A DNA stretch of 64,000 nucleotides from Epiperipatus broadwayi (lineage: Eukaryota; Animalia; Onychophora). Location of the stretch: positions 16,182,001-16,246,000 of the forward strand of contig JAQFVV010000009.1 of the NCBI GenBank assembly GCA_028023455.1, in the 5' to 3' direction. Position numbers and translations under genes: made by a program. This document shows, piece by piece, positions 39,767-52,265 of the stretch (positions within the stretch are counted from its first letter, which is position 1; each line of letters starts with the position of its first letter). Under the pieces are notes generated by a model that worked only from the letters and a program-made list of their open reading frames with translations, had not been told where the DNA came from and ran no database searches.

Positions 39767-39811
39767 GCTATGAGTATGAGATTCCAGCATTGAATCTTGA
39801 AAGTGCTAAGC
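39767..39811 (+). ncRNA. Hammerhead variant with A3-U8 core in the inverted Penelope pLTR
   Basis: GCU-AUGAGUA-U-GAGAUUC-CAGCAUU-GAAUCUU-GAAA-GUGC-UA-AGC; 7 bp stem II. Confidence 0.65.
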
Positions 39812-41635
39812 AAACCTATTATACATTATTCATATAATTATAGCTTCACCATTTAATGCGGAAAAAAAAAAGTTGCATATTTATAATTATTTTTAATGTC
39901 TGTGCAGTAGCATTCGTATGACCAATTCAAATTAATCTGAAGCCTAAAAATATCTAGACACATGTTTTGTAATCATTATTGGGATCTATTTGGTTGACTA
40001 TGAGTAGTTCTATGAAGGAAAAATTCTAAATCTATTTGGAACATATTTAAAGTTTACCTGATTTGAATTAAGAACTTTTATTGTTGGCAAGACAAATGCT
40101 TGAACTAACTAATTAATATGTGGTCATGTGTATCAGATGTATAAGATGCAGTGCATAGCTGTAACAAACTTGAAAGTCTGAGTTCAAGTCCTTTCTAATT
40201 ATATTAAGTTTAATATAGAAAATATATTTATATTTGAGTATTAAAAAATGATAAACAAACACAGTCTTTTATTTTAAAAATAGCCCATTAATTTTTGTAT
40301 AGGGAATTTACAATTAAAAAAATGTGTTGGTGTGGTTAACAAATGGATAAATTGGAGTATATTATTGTACATTATAATAATTCATATTATAATAAATCAA
40401 GATTTATAAAGAAGTTTGTGTGTGATTTGTGTAAATATATTTGAGTATTACATATACTTATTGTTTCTATATATTTGCAGATTAAGGATGATATTTGACA
40501 TAGTTAAAATGTTTAGTCAAATTTAAACTAATCTCAGGAAATTCAAGTCAAAGTAAATCTATAGAAAACTTCTATAGAGTGTGTATAATCTGTGAGCCTA
40601 TGTCATAGAATTCTATCAGCAAGTTTTTTGCAAAGTTTTAAAAAAATAAGCTTCATGCATGATAAATGGCACCATGGATCTTTGGGTTCATCTGGTGGTG
40701 CAACTATTGTTTGCAGATTATAATAAATGGATTCAAAAAAGTCAATTCATCCATGATTATGTGGATAAAAATAAATAAATATTAAGATTGAAAGTTTTTG
40801 TTTAATGAATTTTATTACTGTCAGAAATACAAACTAAATAAGGGTAGATTGGTGAAGTTTGTGGTTTTCCTTTGTTTCTCCTTCTAGTTAATAATATCTA
40901 TTTAATGAACATTAATTGAATGATTAGTTATTTTAGTTGTGAACTAAAAGTTCAAAGCTGTTTTTAGATTCTCAGCTATCTGAAAGCATATTAAGTTTCA
41001 TGCTGATTTGAATCTGGATCTTTGGGCATAAATATACTAAATACTATATATTTATGTTAGAATGTCAGGATTTTTTTGTTATAATAAATTTTGAATTCAA
41101 AGTTTGATAGCAATTTTTTTTTTAAGATTGGTAGAATGCAAGTTGATACTTTTGTAAAAGATATCATGAAACAAAAAAAAAATCATGATTTAGAGACATC
41201 ATTTAATCTACATCAGCATGCTATATATTGCTTTGTGAAATTTAGTTCATTGTAGGAGACATATTCAGAAGAGATCTCCTGAATGAATAATTATTTGTTT
41301 ATTTATATTACTTGGAAAATTAAAAAGAAAAAGGCTTTGGGAAATTTAATATGCATTGATTGACATGATACTAGCAGAAGATAATAATTATTATTAGTTA
41401 ATGATTCTAATAGCAGTTTCAATAGTAATGTCATTCATTCTCTCATCTCAAAAACACTTTGAAAAAACTAGACAATAGGGTATTAAAACTAAGTGATAAT
41501 TACCTGTGATAGTCTACTCACTCTCTTTACACCATTTATTCTAATATCTCAGTATTTAGATTTACATTATAAAGTTTACTTTAAGAGACCTTCATATCAT
41601 TAGAATGCATAATTTGTTTACACCTCTTTTTACAG

Positions 41636-41718
41636 CTACTATGTTTTTGAATACCTTGACCCCAAAATTTTACGTGGCCTTGACTGGAACCAGCTCTCTC
41701 ATATCGGGTTTGATTCTG
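41636..41718 (+). CDS. ST7: ST7 coding exon 2 (83 bp)
   Basis: TTTTTACAG acceptor and GTAAGT donor; encodes (S)[27 protein letters not shown], the highly conserved ST7 N-terminal motif. Confidence 0.97.
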
Positions 41719-41857
41719 GTAAGTTTTTTACTTTTGTATAATATATGTCAATACAAGCTTGAATATTTTTCCATCTTTTTTTAAAGAAAATAATCCTACA
41801 TAATTTCTTTTCTATGATAGTTTTAACATATATGGTCTTTTTATTATTCATGCATAC

Positions 41858-42044
41858 CATGAAATGTGTTTATTAAACAAGGCAAAACTCTCTCCATACA
41901 GTAGTGCCACCCTATTCCAATCAGAGTAATCAATGGATGCCAGAAGGCTTGTGCATAAAATCCCTACTGTATAGAGAGATTTTGCCTTGGTTAAAAACAA
42001 TTATGTGCTAGTATGAGATAGTGATGATCATGAAATGTGTTTAT
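41858..42044. mobile_element. Family B short fold-back copy with a 16 bp flanking direct repeat
   Basis: CATGAAATGTGTTTAT at 41858-41873 and 42029-42044; internal inverted arms AAGGCAAAACTCTCT...AGAGAGATTTTGCCTT. Confidence 0.85.
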
Positions 42045-42469
42045 GTATGTATTGTAGTCATTAATATTCCTTTGAATATGTATTGTAGTCATTAACATTC
42101 ATTTGTAAATGAATTTGATCATTCTAACTCAAAGGGTGGGGGGTGGTAAGAAGAAAAAGAAAAAGTTAAAGATTAATTTTATGATAGTCATAGAAGTCGG
42201 AGAAACACAAATACATTCTCATATCTAAATGGCTATTTTTAATGCTTTCTGACGTTTTGTTTTGTTTTGTTTTTTTTTTAAAAAAAAGATTAACATGTTG
42301 TCTAATTGTATATATTTATTGCATTCTCTTCCACATTGTCTCAATGTGTCTCTTTGTCTTTGAGATATTTTTTATAATATAAATATAAACTGTCTGTGAT
42401 ATAAAAACTACTTTAGTTTACCATAAAATATTTTTTTTTAGAAAGCATTTTAGTCTTTACCTGCTTCAT

Positions 42470-43250
42470 CTGCCCAATCCAACAAAAGGTGTTCTTACAG
42501 TTAGATTCAATATCATCGCGTCTAGCAAGCTGAAGAACATATTGATTGATCTTGCTATTGTAATTTCAAAATACAGTATACAATAAATATCATAGATAAA
42601 ATACCCTATCTTTTTTTAACTTTCTTAAATGCAGCACGCAACACATTTAAATCTATGTTACTGTCAACAATCCCAAATATATCTTTTTATTTAAAAGCTG
42701 CTAAAATATTTAAATTGATATACATTCTTAAACCGATAATTATATAAGCCAATAGTTGCCAAATATACATATATTTTTTCCAGGACATTATTTAGTAAAC
42801 TAAATGTTTTGAATGCTACATTCTAAATGTTAAGAACACTCTGTAGAGCATTCTTTAAATTCGAAAGAATAACTTAATCATCAGTGTACTGTAAATCTAG
42901 AAGACAAGAAGATGAAGTTCTTGCTTATGCAATTTACCATTATCAATGTCAGAATTCAAAGTTAGTTCCTCAATCACAGTACATATCTTAATAAAGAATT
43001 TCTCATAATCAAAATTGGAAGATAAAATATTTTGAACTTGTATCCAAATACAGTATTTGTCAATTTAGATTTTTTAGATTTAACATTTTTATGACTTTTT
43101 ACATGAAACTCCAAAACATATCTTCCATCTAGGAACAAAAGTGAAAATTGAATTGTAGATTTATTACTGTAAAAGTAAACTTTTAAATGCCACAAATACT
43201 AAACTAAATAAATGAACAATACAAAGATAACATTATCCTGGAGGAGTCTG
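42470..43250 (-). mobile_element. RTE (BovB-like) LINE RT remnant
   Basis: Minus strand reads LLDLQYTDD..LQSVLNI, homologous to 16560-17340. Confidence 0.6.
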
Positions 43251-45999
43251 TTGTAAAGTAAATATAACAGCAGGCAGCATCATTCTAGTTATCTATTGGA
43301 GATCGGAAAAAAATCAAAGCTTATGTTAACTATTTTTTTATATATTAAAATTTTTAGCATCTTTAATTTTTTTTTAAAAATTTTCTCTTTGTCTTTATTT
43401 CCCTTACTGACAATCAAATGTTTTTATGATGAAATATAAAAATAATTTTTTTTTATGATGAAATATAAAAATAATTTTTTTTTATAATGGTAAATAAAAA
43501 TAAAATATTCAAATTGTTATCAATCAAATAGACAGTTATTGTTTTCAAATAAATATATCGCCTTTATTAATGATCTTACTACAAATTACACTAAATATGT
43601 TTTTCTAATATAATTTTTAAGAATGATAATGTTATTTAAATGTAGATGTTTTTACTTTGTTGATATTCATACATGTAGAGTTATTACTAACAAGTGTTCC
43701 CTAGAAAATTGTTAAGAAATCAAATTAATAAAAAATGAATGTTAATAAATTTTGGGGTTGACATACAAATAGTAAAGAATAGATTATTGTAGAAAGAAGA
43801 TGATTTGTGCTTCAGAAAAATTATTAATCTGTTGATATAAAATACGAATTAACTTAATTCTATTTATATTTATTTTATCTATATTTATTTTTATTTTATT
43901 ATAAGAACTTTTAAATAGTTAACTGTAGAGCAAAAAATTTTCCAATAACTTTCTTAAAAAAATATTGAGGAAGGCTTTTTTTGTCAGATTTTCTTAGTTG
44001 CCAGTAGTAAGAGTTTGAAGTGTTTTTTATTCTTGTTTTAGCTTTTATTTGAGAATATTTATATATGCGTACATTTTGGTGTATGTGAATACACACACAC
44101 ATATATTACAAGTTTTTTAATTATAAAGCTCAAAAATAATACTTTTAAGTGATGTATTTTGTTCCTTAAACCAATAATGCTAGAGATGAATAAAGGCAAT
44201 AAAATTATGTTTATTATTACCATATACATTAATAACAAAACTGAAATAAAATTGTGTAACTATTTTACAATATTTGTTGTGGTATTCTTACTATTGTTCC
44301 TACAGTTTTTTTTAACAGAAAATAGATACCATGGAGAAATTTTCCCATAAGAATATATATATGGCAATTGGAAGAAATACATATGATATGAAAGATGATG
44401 TTACAATTTCCTTCCTCTAAAATGCAGCCGGAAACAAACATAAAATAGATTCAAGATAATATATGGCATATTGAATCTATTTTGCATCTGAATAATATGT
44501 GGGATTCTTTGAAATAAGTTCATCCTGATCTCATGAACTAATCCTCACTTCAGTTTCAAACAATTTTATTTAGTGAATGTTGTTTAGATGCCATTATCAT
44601 CTAACCACTTATACACCTAGATATATTTATTTTTTATCCATTACTAGCAATTTAAACTTTATGCATTAAAATTGTATTAAAACTAATAATTATTTAGCTA
44701 TAGTAGTTTATTTCTGTCTTTATTAAATAGTGCTGACTTCTGTCTTCTCTTGTTAAAGAACAATAATTAAACAGAAACAAATCATGTCTACATTTGATAT
44801 GTGTAATTTGTATCACATCATTACTCCTGAACCATTTATATAAACTCATATAGTAATCAATATCGGATGTTAACTAGGTTTTGTTTTCATCAGTAGAGAG
44901 TAATGCTTTTGTACTCTAGCCATTTCCTTGATTATCAAATGCAGATAAAATGTAAGATAGAATTATTTTGTATTGATTTCTGTTATGTAAATGTAAATGT
45001 GAATTACTTAACACATGCTTATTTGACTAGCTGTCGATACTAGCTAATATATTAAAGATATCTTTATTTTTTTAATTTGATAACTTTATTTAAATAATAT
45101 TTCTCTTTAAGCAAAGAACTCATGATTTTTTGCAAACTAGGTAATTTTAATAAGCGGGATTTTATATAAAATATAAAGCAAATTTAAAAAAAAATAAAAT
45201 GGAAAGCAATATTCCATAACATCATTGATTTATGTGTTTTATGGAAGCTTAAAAGAGATTTCCATTAATGAATAGAAATTAAGAAATTTGATTAATAAAT
45301 CATACATTGTTTTATACACTTTCATACTTTTTATTTTATTATACTTAAGATTGCCGGAGGTACTGTTTATTATTGTATATGACTATATCCAATGTCATCT
45401 CATTTTAATGCAAAGAAATATTAATTTTATTTTATAATAGTTAGAATATATTAGTTATGATAACCAAAGCATCTCAGATCTATTTTAGGATTAACTTGGT
45501 CTTATCATATATCCTGAAAAATTATCTAATATTCAAGCTATATATATATTGAGATAGATAGTAGTATATCTCGACCTATAATTTATTTTAAAAATATAAT
45601 AGTTTATAATTGTGAATCAAGTTTTATAAATTGGATTAAGATTTTTTTATATAGGTTTGTATTATATAAGCACATGCACATCGATAAAGGTTATGTTTAA
45701 AATCAAATTAAGTCAATTTTACTTTAATTTTAAAAAGATAAAGAAACTAATTTAGTTTAACTAAATGCATTTCAAATAAATAAGTTTTTAAAAATTATGT
45801 TATAGAAACAAAGCTTGATTAAACACTATACTTTAAAACTTTTCCTCAATTATCTTGTATTATTATTAATTAAAATTCTAGGAAAACCAATTTTTTTTAA
45901 GCTTTGTTTCAGATTTTGAGAATATTTTAAATTTCAATTATTGATAGATTTCCCAATTAAACAAGTATTATGTCAAAATGTGCTGGAATGCAATTAATG

Positions 46000-46720
46000 G
46001 TAAAACTAAGGTATGACTTGTAATATTTTGTGGCTGAGTATTTTTGAGAAGTTTATATTCTCGTAATCATAGCGATAAGATCATCTAAAAAAGTTGTAAT
46101 ATATAGGCGACCAATATTTAAATATATGCAAAATAGTGGATTAGGAAAGTCCATTTTTTGGAGAGGGAAAAGCATGCTTCTTTTCAGTTTATGGCATGGA
46201 TGTTATTAGTTATATGCCATGCTTCTTTGATTTTTTGTTTGGAATCATGGTGTTCTAAATGGAGGAAGGTTCAAACATATGGCCAGTGGTCTTTTGGTGT
46301 TCTAAAAAGATGGAATTATATTCGGGGTTATTAAGAGCTCTTTTATATAAGTAATAATGTTGAGAGACATATACTATAATGCACTGCAACCAATTTGAGA
46401 GTATGATATCTTATATATTGTGTGAAGAGTTTGGTCAGAGGGTAGGCGATCTTTGAATTATTAATTAATCTATTGTTGAAGGGGGGTACGAAAACTTAGC
46501 TTAACTGAAGGAGAAATGGTTTTAATAAAGTTTTTAGTGAGGGAAGGAATGTGTTTGAAGAAAATCCATAGTCTGTCATCTTTGGCAGAATTACTATTTA
46601 ATTTGTCATAAAATTGTTTTGCTTTTCTAGTAAGATGACTGTATTTGAATCCATTGCTGGTCAGGTCTGTTAAATATTGTTCAATGTTCAATTAAGTATA
46701 TTTTAGGGATTAAGATGACT
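46000..46720 (-). mobile_element. Second Penelope-like element fragment (divergent subfamily)
   Basis: ORF 46470-46691 (..HIPSLTKNF..KLSFRTP) continues as INNSKDRLP..TIYKISYSQIGCSA and KIKEAWHITNNIHAIN*KEACFSLSKKW, colinear with the 39 kb element. Confidence 0.85.
46033..46073 (-). ncRNA. Hammerhead variant with A3-U8 core (decayed) in the second Penelope
   Basis: GCU-AUGAUUA-C-GAGAA-UAUAAAC-UUCUC-AAAA-AUAC-UC-AGC; G12 to A is consistent with CpG decay. Confidence 0.55.
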
Positions 46721-47869
46721 GACTAAGAGTCATCTATAAACATATGGGCCTGTTTAATTAAGGAATTTTATAAACATGGGGGCTTATTTAACTAAAGAAT
46801 TTTGTAAACAGGGGTAATTAAAATAATTGCTCATCTGTTAATTAAGAAGTGTTTTGCAAAGCTGATAATATAAAAAGACTGATTTGGAAAATAATTGTTT
46901 CTTTTGGTCTTTGCTTTTGCCTACTCAACACGGAATTTCTACCAGAAGCTTAAAAAACCAGCATGTGCAGCTAATAAGCCTTCAGTGAACTTTATTTCTC
47001 TAGCATGAAACCCATAACAGTTAGATATTAAGCCCTGGTTTAATTTGATCCAACAGTGTGCCAACCATCTTCACATATGTAGTTAAGCTGATGTTCTTCT
47101 TAACAATAAAAATTTCATACCAACTCCTCCTGAAAACATAACCCAATTGTGACTAAGATTTGAAATTAATTTGCCAGTAAACCACCACCAAAGAGCTCTC
47201 CTGTTGAAAATGTTCATCTGCTTGGATATATTTTAAACTGTAAGGTAACCTATTTATTTATTTTATAAACTATTTGATAAATTTTTTAAACTTTTATTAC
47301 CACAGTTATATTTACAATTCAATTTAGATGATTTTATGTATTTATCTTTTATATTAACTTACTTTTAATACTCATATTTTACATCACTTGATATATCATA
47401 GTATGCTTTGAATATTTTTTTAAATATTTATGGGTAAAATAGTGTATAGTTTTAAATATTTGAGAGAGAGAAAAAATCAATTTTGTTTCTTAAAATATTT
47501 TTTTCTTTCTTAAAGACTTGTAAAATCACTTCCATCTTTGTTAATAATCAAAATTTACTTTTAAAAGAATCAACATTTAGTTTCAATCTGTCTTTCTTCT
47601 AAAGAAAAAAAGTTTTACAAAAGGAATATAAGAAAGATTTAGTTATTTTAAATTGTTAAGTTAGTATAATTAAAATTTAGTATCTCTTTGAAGATATTCA
47701 AAATCATTAATATAAGTCAAGAGATATGTGTGAGTAATGCAATTTGCGTGTATTATATAAATAATTCAGTTTATTGATTTTATTGTGCTTAAATTTATTT
47801 ATAAGCAGTTTGCCTTATTTACTTTGTCTGCTTGTATAACTGTAGGAAATCAAAAAGAATGGTATTTAT

Positions 47870-48250
47870 TGTAACAGTCCAGGTTTTCCACCAGAAGAGG
47901 GGGAACACATCTCACTATGGTCGGACCTACATTCTTCTGGTAGGATGCTGTGAATGATGTGATGAAGTACCTAACCTATGACCGTATCTACCTCCTATGG
48001 GCTGGTTCTAAGTTTACACATTAAATTTAGATACAATTTGGGCTAGTTCATCCATGTGTCACCCCTCTTTCAGGTTCTGTTATACCTCAGTATTCTAAGT
48101 CAGAGAAATTTGCCTTGGGCTCTCTTCAGAGGTGAATTTACACTAGATAGCAACTACCACACCTCTATACAGGTTCCATTTGATTTAAAGATCCATCCAA
48201 ACATATTACTATATTATATAAGAATGAGATGTGTGTGTATATATATATGG
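47870..48250. mobile_element. LTR-like segment beginning TGTAACAG
   Basis: TG start and a more GC-rich non-coding stretch; no partner LTR seen and the far end is uncertain. Confidence 0.3.
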
Positions 48251-49708
48251 TTATAAGTTGATGGATTAATGTATAAATGATTTTGATAAACTAGAGATCA
48301 ATTTAATTTAAATCAAATTGATAACATTTATTAAATAACAAAACAAAAATTCAAAACTTTTTAACATGATAAAACAATATAATTGTGTATGTCCAGAATG
48401 TATTTCTACCATATCAACGATTAAATGTTAACCCTTACCCATGGTAGAGATACATAACAAGGCACTAATTATTTACAAAGCAAATAAAATTTATAAAAAT
48501 AAAAAAAAGCATTATTACATCAACCACGTAGCTAACTAGCGAATTTACAATATTATACAACTGTATGTGTAATAGCCTTATTGTCCACTTCCAGTTATTG
48601 ATGTGCCATCTTCTTTAGGGAACCCCCTACCTATATATGGATCCTTATCGTTGATAGAAAAAAACGTCCGTACTAGAAGGTTAGTCATTTATACTGAAAA
48701 AATAAATATAAATGATGATTAGTTAACAATAAAAAAAAAACAAATAACATGAACTCTGTCCTGTAGTAAGTGTGTATGTGCTTAATATGGAATAATATCA
48801 AAACTCTTACTTTATTCCATATTGTAGTGGTGATCAATGTCAAGTCACTACGTAGGGAAAGCTGACCTAAACTTTATTTAACATAATTTTTTTTATCTCA
48901 CTTAATAATTTTTCTTCTTCATTTTGTTGCTTTCACCTACAATGGACTCTTCCAAGTTATAAAATTATTTAAGCTTCCAAGTGTGGAGATAAATAAAACT
49001 AGAATTTTACAAACTTATATATAAAAATACACAATAAATTAAAACTTTGATTAATGTTCATAAGTTTGGCAATAATGTCTTTTATGAATACCGTCTATCT
49101 CTCTTCAGATCATTCTTCTTCTCTAGAATTTCCTCGGAAATGTGCTTAAATCGATGTTTCCATTTTCTCAGTTGCTTTCCTTCTTGATTCATTTAGATGT
49201 TTAGTGTAGGACAGTTGATGTTTCTTTAGGTATTATACAGGTAAGTAGTTATGTCATAGCGCTTCTGTAGTCGCACATTGCACAGCAATTTATAACAGAT
49301 TTAATTTTTCTGGATTTGCTATTTGACATTTAATGGCTTATATAAGAAAAAATTATTTCAGCATTTATGTAAATGCTGGCGTTGTTTATTTCTTTTTTCT
49401 CCGTGTTCGAATAATAGTGCAGTTTTATTTTTAAATATTAATTTAAAATCAATTCAGTTTTTTTGTTAAACTGCACGAATTTATCAAACTTTTCTCTATT
49501 TAAATGTCGGTTGTAATTTCTTATAGTTTTGCACCGCGAAAATTATACGGATAATTTGGAATATTTAAACAAGTTATCCATCTTTTCTTGTATTCGATCT
49601 TAAGATGGTAGCTTTGGACAGTTATTGCATCATTTGAAAAATAACAAAAGATGACAGAAATGAATTGGGTTTGCTTTTATACCATGCTTAGTTTCCGTGT
49701 TTGATATA

Positions 49709-50911
49709 CACCTGGGTCTCTTTTTACGCGGACTTATTTAACACGATTTTGAAGTTACGTGATTTGTGTTTCACCGGAAGTCGACCTCCGATAATGCGCT
49801 ATTACTTTAAATAATAAATTTTGCGCACTTATGTTATATTGAAAGTAATAGCACATTATTGGAATTCTACTTTCATCTTAGTAATTTCAATATTTTCAGT
49901 GCTTTATAATAGTAAGATTTTATGCAATAATGAAATTAAAATCATGATTTCCACATTTTATGTATACACACATTAAATTTTACAAGATTATAATGTAAAT
50001 TTGTTCAAACATTGTGCGTGTTAATTTTGCATTTTAAATCACATTCTGTTTTTGCTTTTTAAAAAAGAACGTAATCAATTATTAATCATTTAGTGTCCAC
50101 AAGTTTATTTTTAAAAGGTCAGTAATAGCAGTGGGCACAATTAAAAATTAAAATCTGATTTTTAATTGTAATTAACAATTTAAAAATTACTTACGGGTGA
50201 CTTGAAATTAATGTGATGTAAAACGAAATTTGATTTTTAAACGGAATTGAAAATTAAAGACAAAAATAAGAATTTAATTTTTAGTTGTTAGTTTTAATTA
50301 AATTTTCCCCAGCAGTGGTGAATAAATGTCTTTTTATTATCATAAGTCTAAGTTCATAAACAATTAATAAAATCATCATCGTCATCAACAGAAAACCATT
50401 AACACAACATGAGAGTGAACTTGGCGCTAGTTGTATTTCCTCTTGTGAGAATAATTGCTGAGATATTCTTGACTTCATTTAAGGAGAAGCCAAATACATC
50501 ACATCACATCACATGAGAATCTGATTTTTTACTAGTTTGCAAACGAACGTGTTTTTGGGCAAATAGCGATAATAATTAAAACATGTATAAAAAAATGTAA
50601 ATTACTGTACTGTAAATTATGCATAAAAATATATTATTTTGAATAAAATTAAATATTATAGTTAAAAAAAGTTTGTCTTGTATCAATTTTTTTCAAATTT
50701 GAAATTTTTTATTAGTCATATTTTATTTCCTTATTTTTTTTTGTGTGAATTTTAAAGTAATTTTATGTTGGTGCTTTGCTTTTATGTGAATTTTGAAAAA
50801 TCACAGACCGCACCCCCCCTTTTTCAATGTAAGTTACGTCTATTTTTGCACGATTTCGTTTGCGCATGTTTTCTGAGGAACCTATCTATCGCGTAAAATG
50901 AGACCCAGGTG
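49709..50911. mobile_element. Tc1/mariner-pogo superfamily non-autonomous element
   Basis: TIRs CACCTGGGTCTCTTTTTACGCG / CGCGTAAAATGAGACCCAGGTG, both flanked by TA. Confidence 0.88.
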
Positions 50912-51132
50912 TACTAGCTTTTCCATCTTCATGGCTGTCTATTATTGTGCATATTTATATTGGTTGTAATTAAAAAATAAAATTACATAACAGAATCCTA
51001 CTTTTGTTTTTCGTACTTGGTTGCCTAGAGATTGGCTTGACATTAGGTCATTACTATGTTTTCTAGGTCTACATCTTTATTCGTGATGTACAACACATTA
51101 ATAATTAACTCATTGTTGGTATATATATATAT

Positions 51133-51755
51133 TGTACCGGTCAAAACAAGTTTATCCATCTAACACGAGCTGGAACTCACAAAATGTACTTCAAATCCGA
51201 GATTTAAGTCAGGGACCAGCCTGGATTCGAACCCATTCTCCAAGCCCCAAATCAAACAGGTAATGGACAACATAACAATGATGGCACATGAGAATTAATT
51301 CTTAATCCGGCCCGCTAGCAAATCGGAGAAAACAATAAGATTCATGGACTTAAACATATATATAAACAACTTAAATACTAGAGACATTCCCATGATAAAA
51401 TCTAATATATTTAATTACTAGGGACTTTACTAATGAATAATATAATCAATTAATGAATTGGATTGGTTTAATAATGAGACAGAAACTGATGTATGATTAA
51501 TTAGAAATATATTTATTGACAATTTCATATGTATTTTGATATAACCCATTATTTAGCGTTGGATAATGCACACAGGCATTTTTATTTATTAAACATTACT
51601 CTAGGCAATTATACAAACAATAATTGATATTTGGGCTAAATAAATTTGTGGCTATTATTTAATTGCGCTAATATTACGCTATATAATCAATCACTACATT
51701 CCACTTATTAGTTATGCCGTTTCATAAGCAATTCGAGTGGCTATTATACTATACA
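51133..51755 (+). mobile_element. Solo-LTR-like element inserted in (TA)n
   Basis: Begins TGTACC after (TA)n, has a possible end ATACA followed by TATA, and is related to 24560-25059. Confidence 0.5.
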
Positions 51756-52167
51756 TATAATCAAACCAAGCCTGGAGTGAAGCTTAATAATACATCTGAT
51801 TATGACAAATTTATATATTAAATATGGGCATATAAAGCATCACAGATAGCTTTTGATCGAACGGGTTTTCAAGAATACTTTGGATCAATGCCGAAGACTG
51901 CATATTAAGGAGGTAGAGTCAGCTATAATGATTTTACTAATACACTATGCACAAGTAAAATATAATAATAAAGTTGCTCTGCAGATGGATAAATAGTTTT
52001 AGGGTTTTTGTGACCAACACCAGTTTACCCAATAACCGGTCGTCATGATGCAAAAAAAGGGAACCTTTATTTAGTTCATAAAAGGTGGGGGACTTACGTG
52101 CTAATCTGGCCCTTAGCTCAGTCTTAGCTACGGCACTACCCTAAGAGAGGAAGATGGGCTGGACTTA

Positions 52168-52265
52168 CCGTGGCTCCATCTTATATATATAACAAAACAG
52201 CCCAATGATAAAATATTGATATCTTATATATATAACAAAACAGCCCAATGATAAAATATTGATAA
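52168..52265 (+). repeat. 2 x 46 bp tandem duplication of a Helitron-like 5' terminus
   Basis: ATCTTATATATATAACAAAACAGCCCAATGATAAAATATTGAT is repeated twice; TC start followed by TATATATAT. Confidence 0.5.

Larger units (their letters stand above)
38699..39892 (-). mobile_element. Penelope-like element (GIY-YIG), 5'-truncated, with inverted pseudo-LTR
   Basis: ORF 39126-39620 ends in VVYKMACPQLGCHASYYGET; the continuation has KVKEA..I...NRREACFALSKQW; inverted arms of about 325 bp at 38699-39021 and 39568-39892. Confidence 0.9.

Noticed and set aside
40655-40780. MHDKWHHGSLGSSGG short frame resembling an SH2 start
   Set aside because: Only about 40 codons, no splice signals and no further domain similarity.
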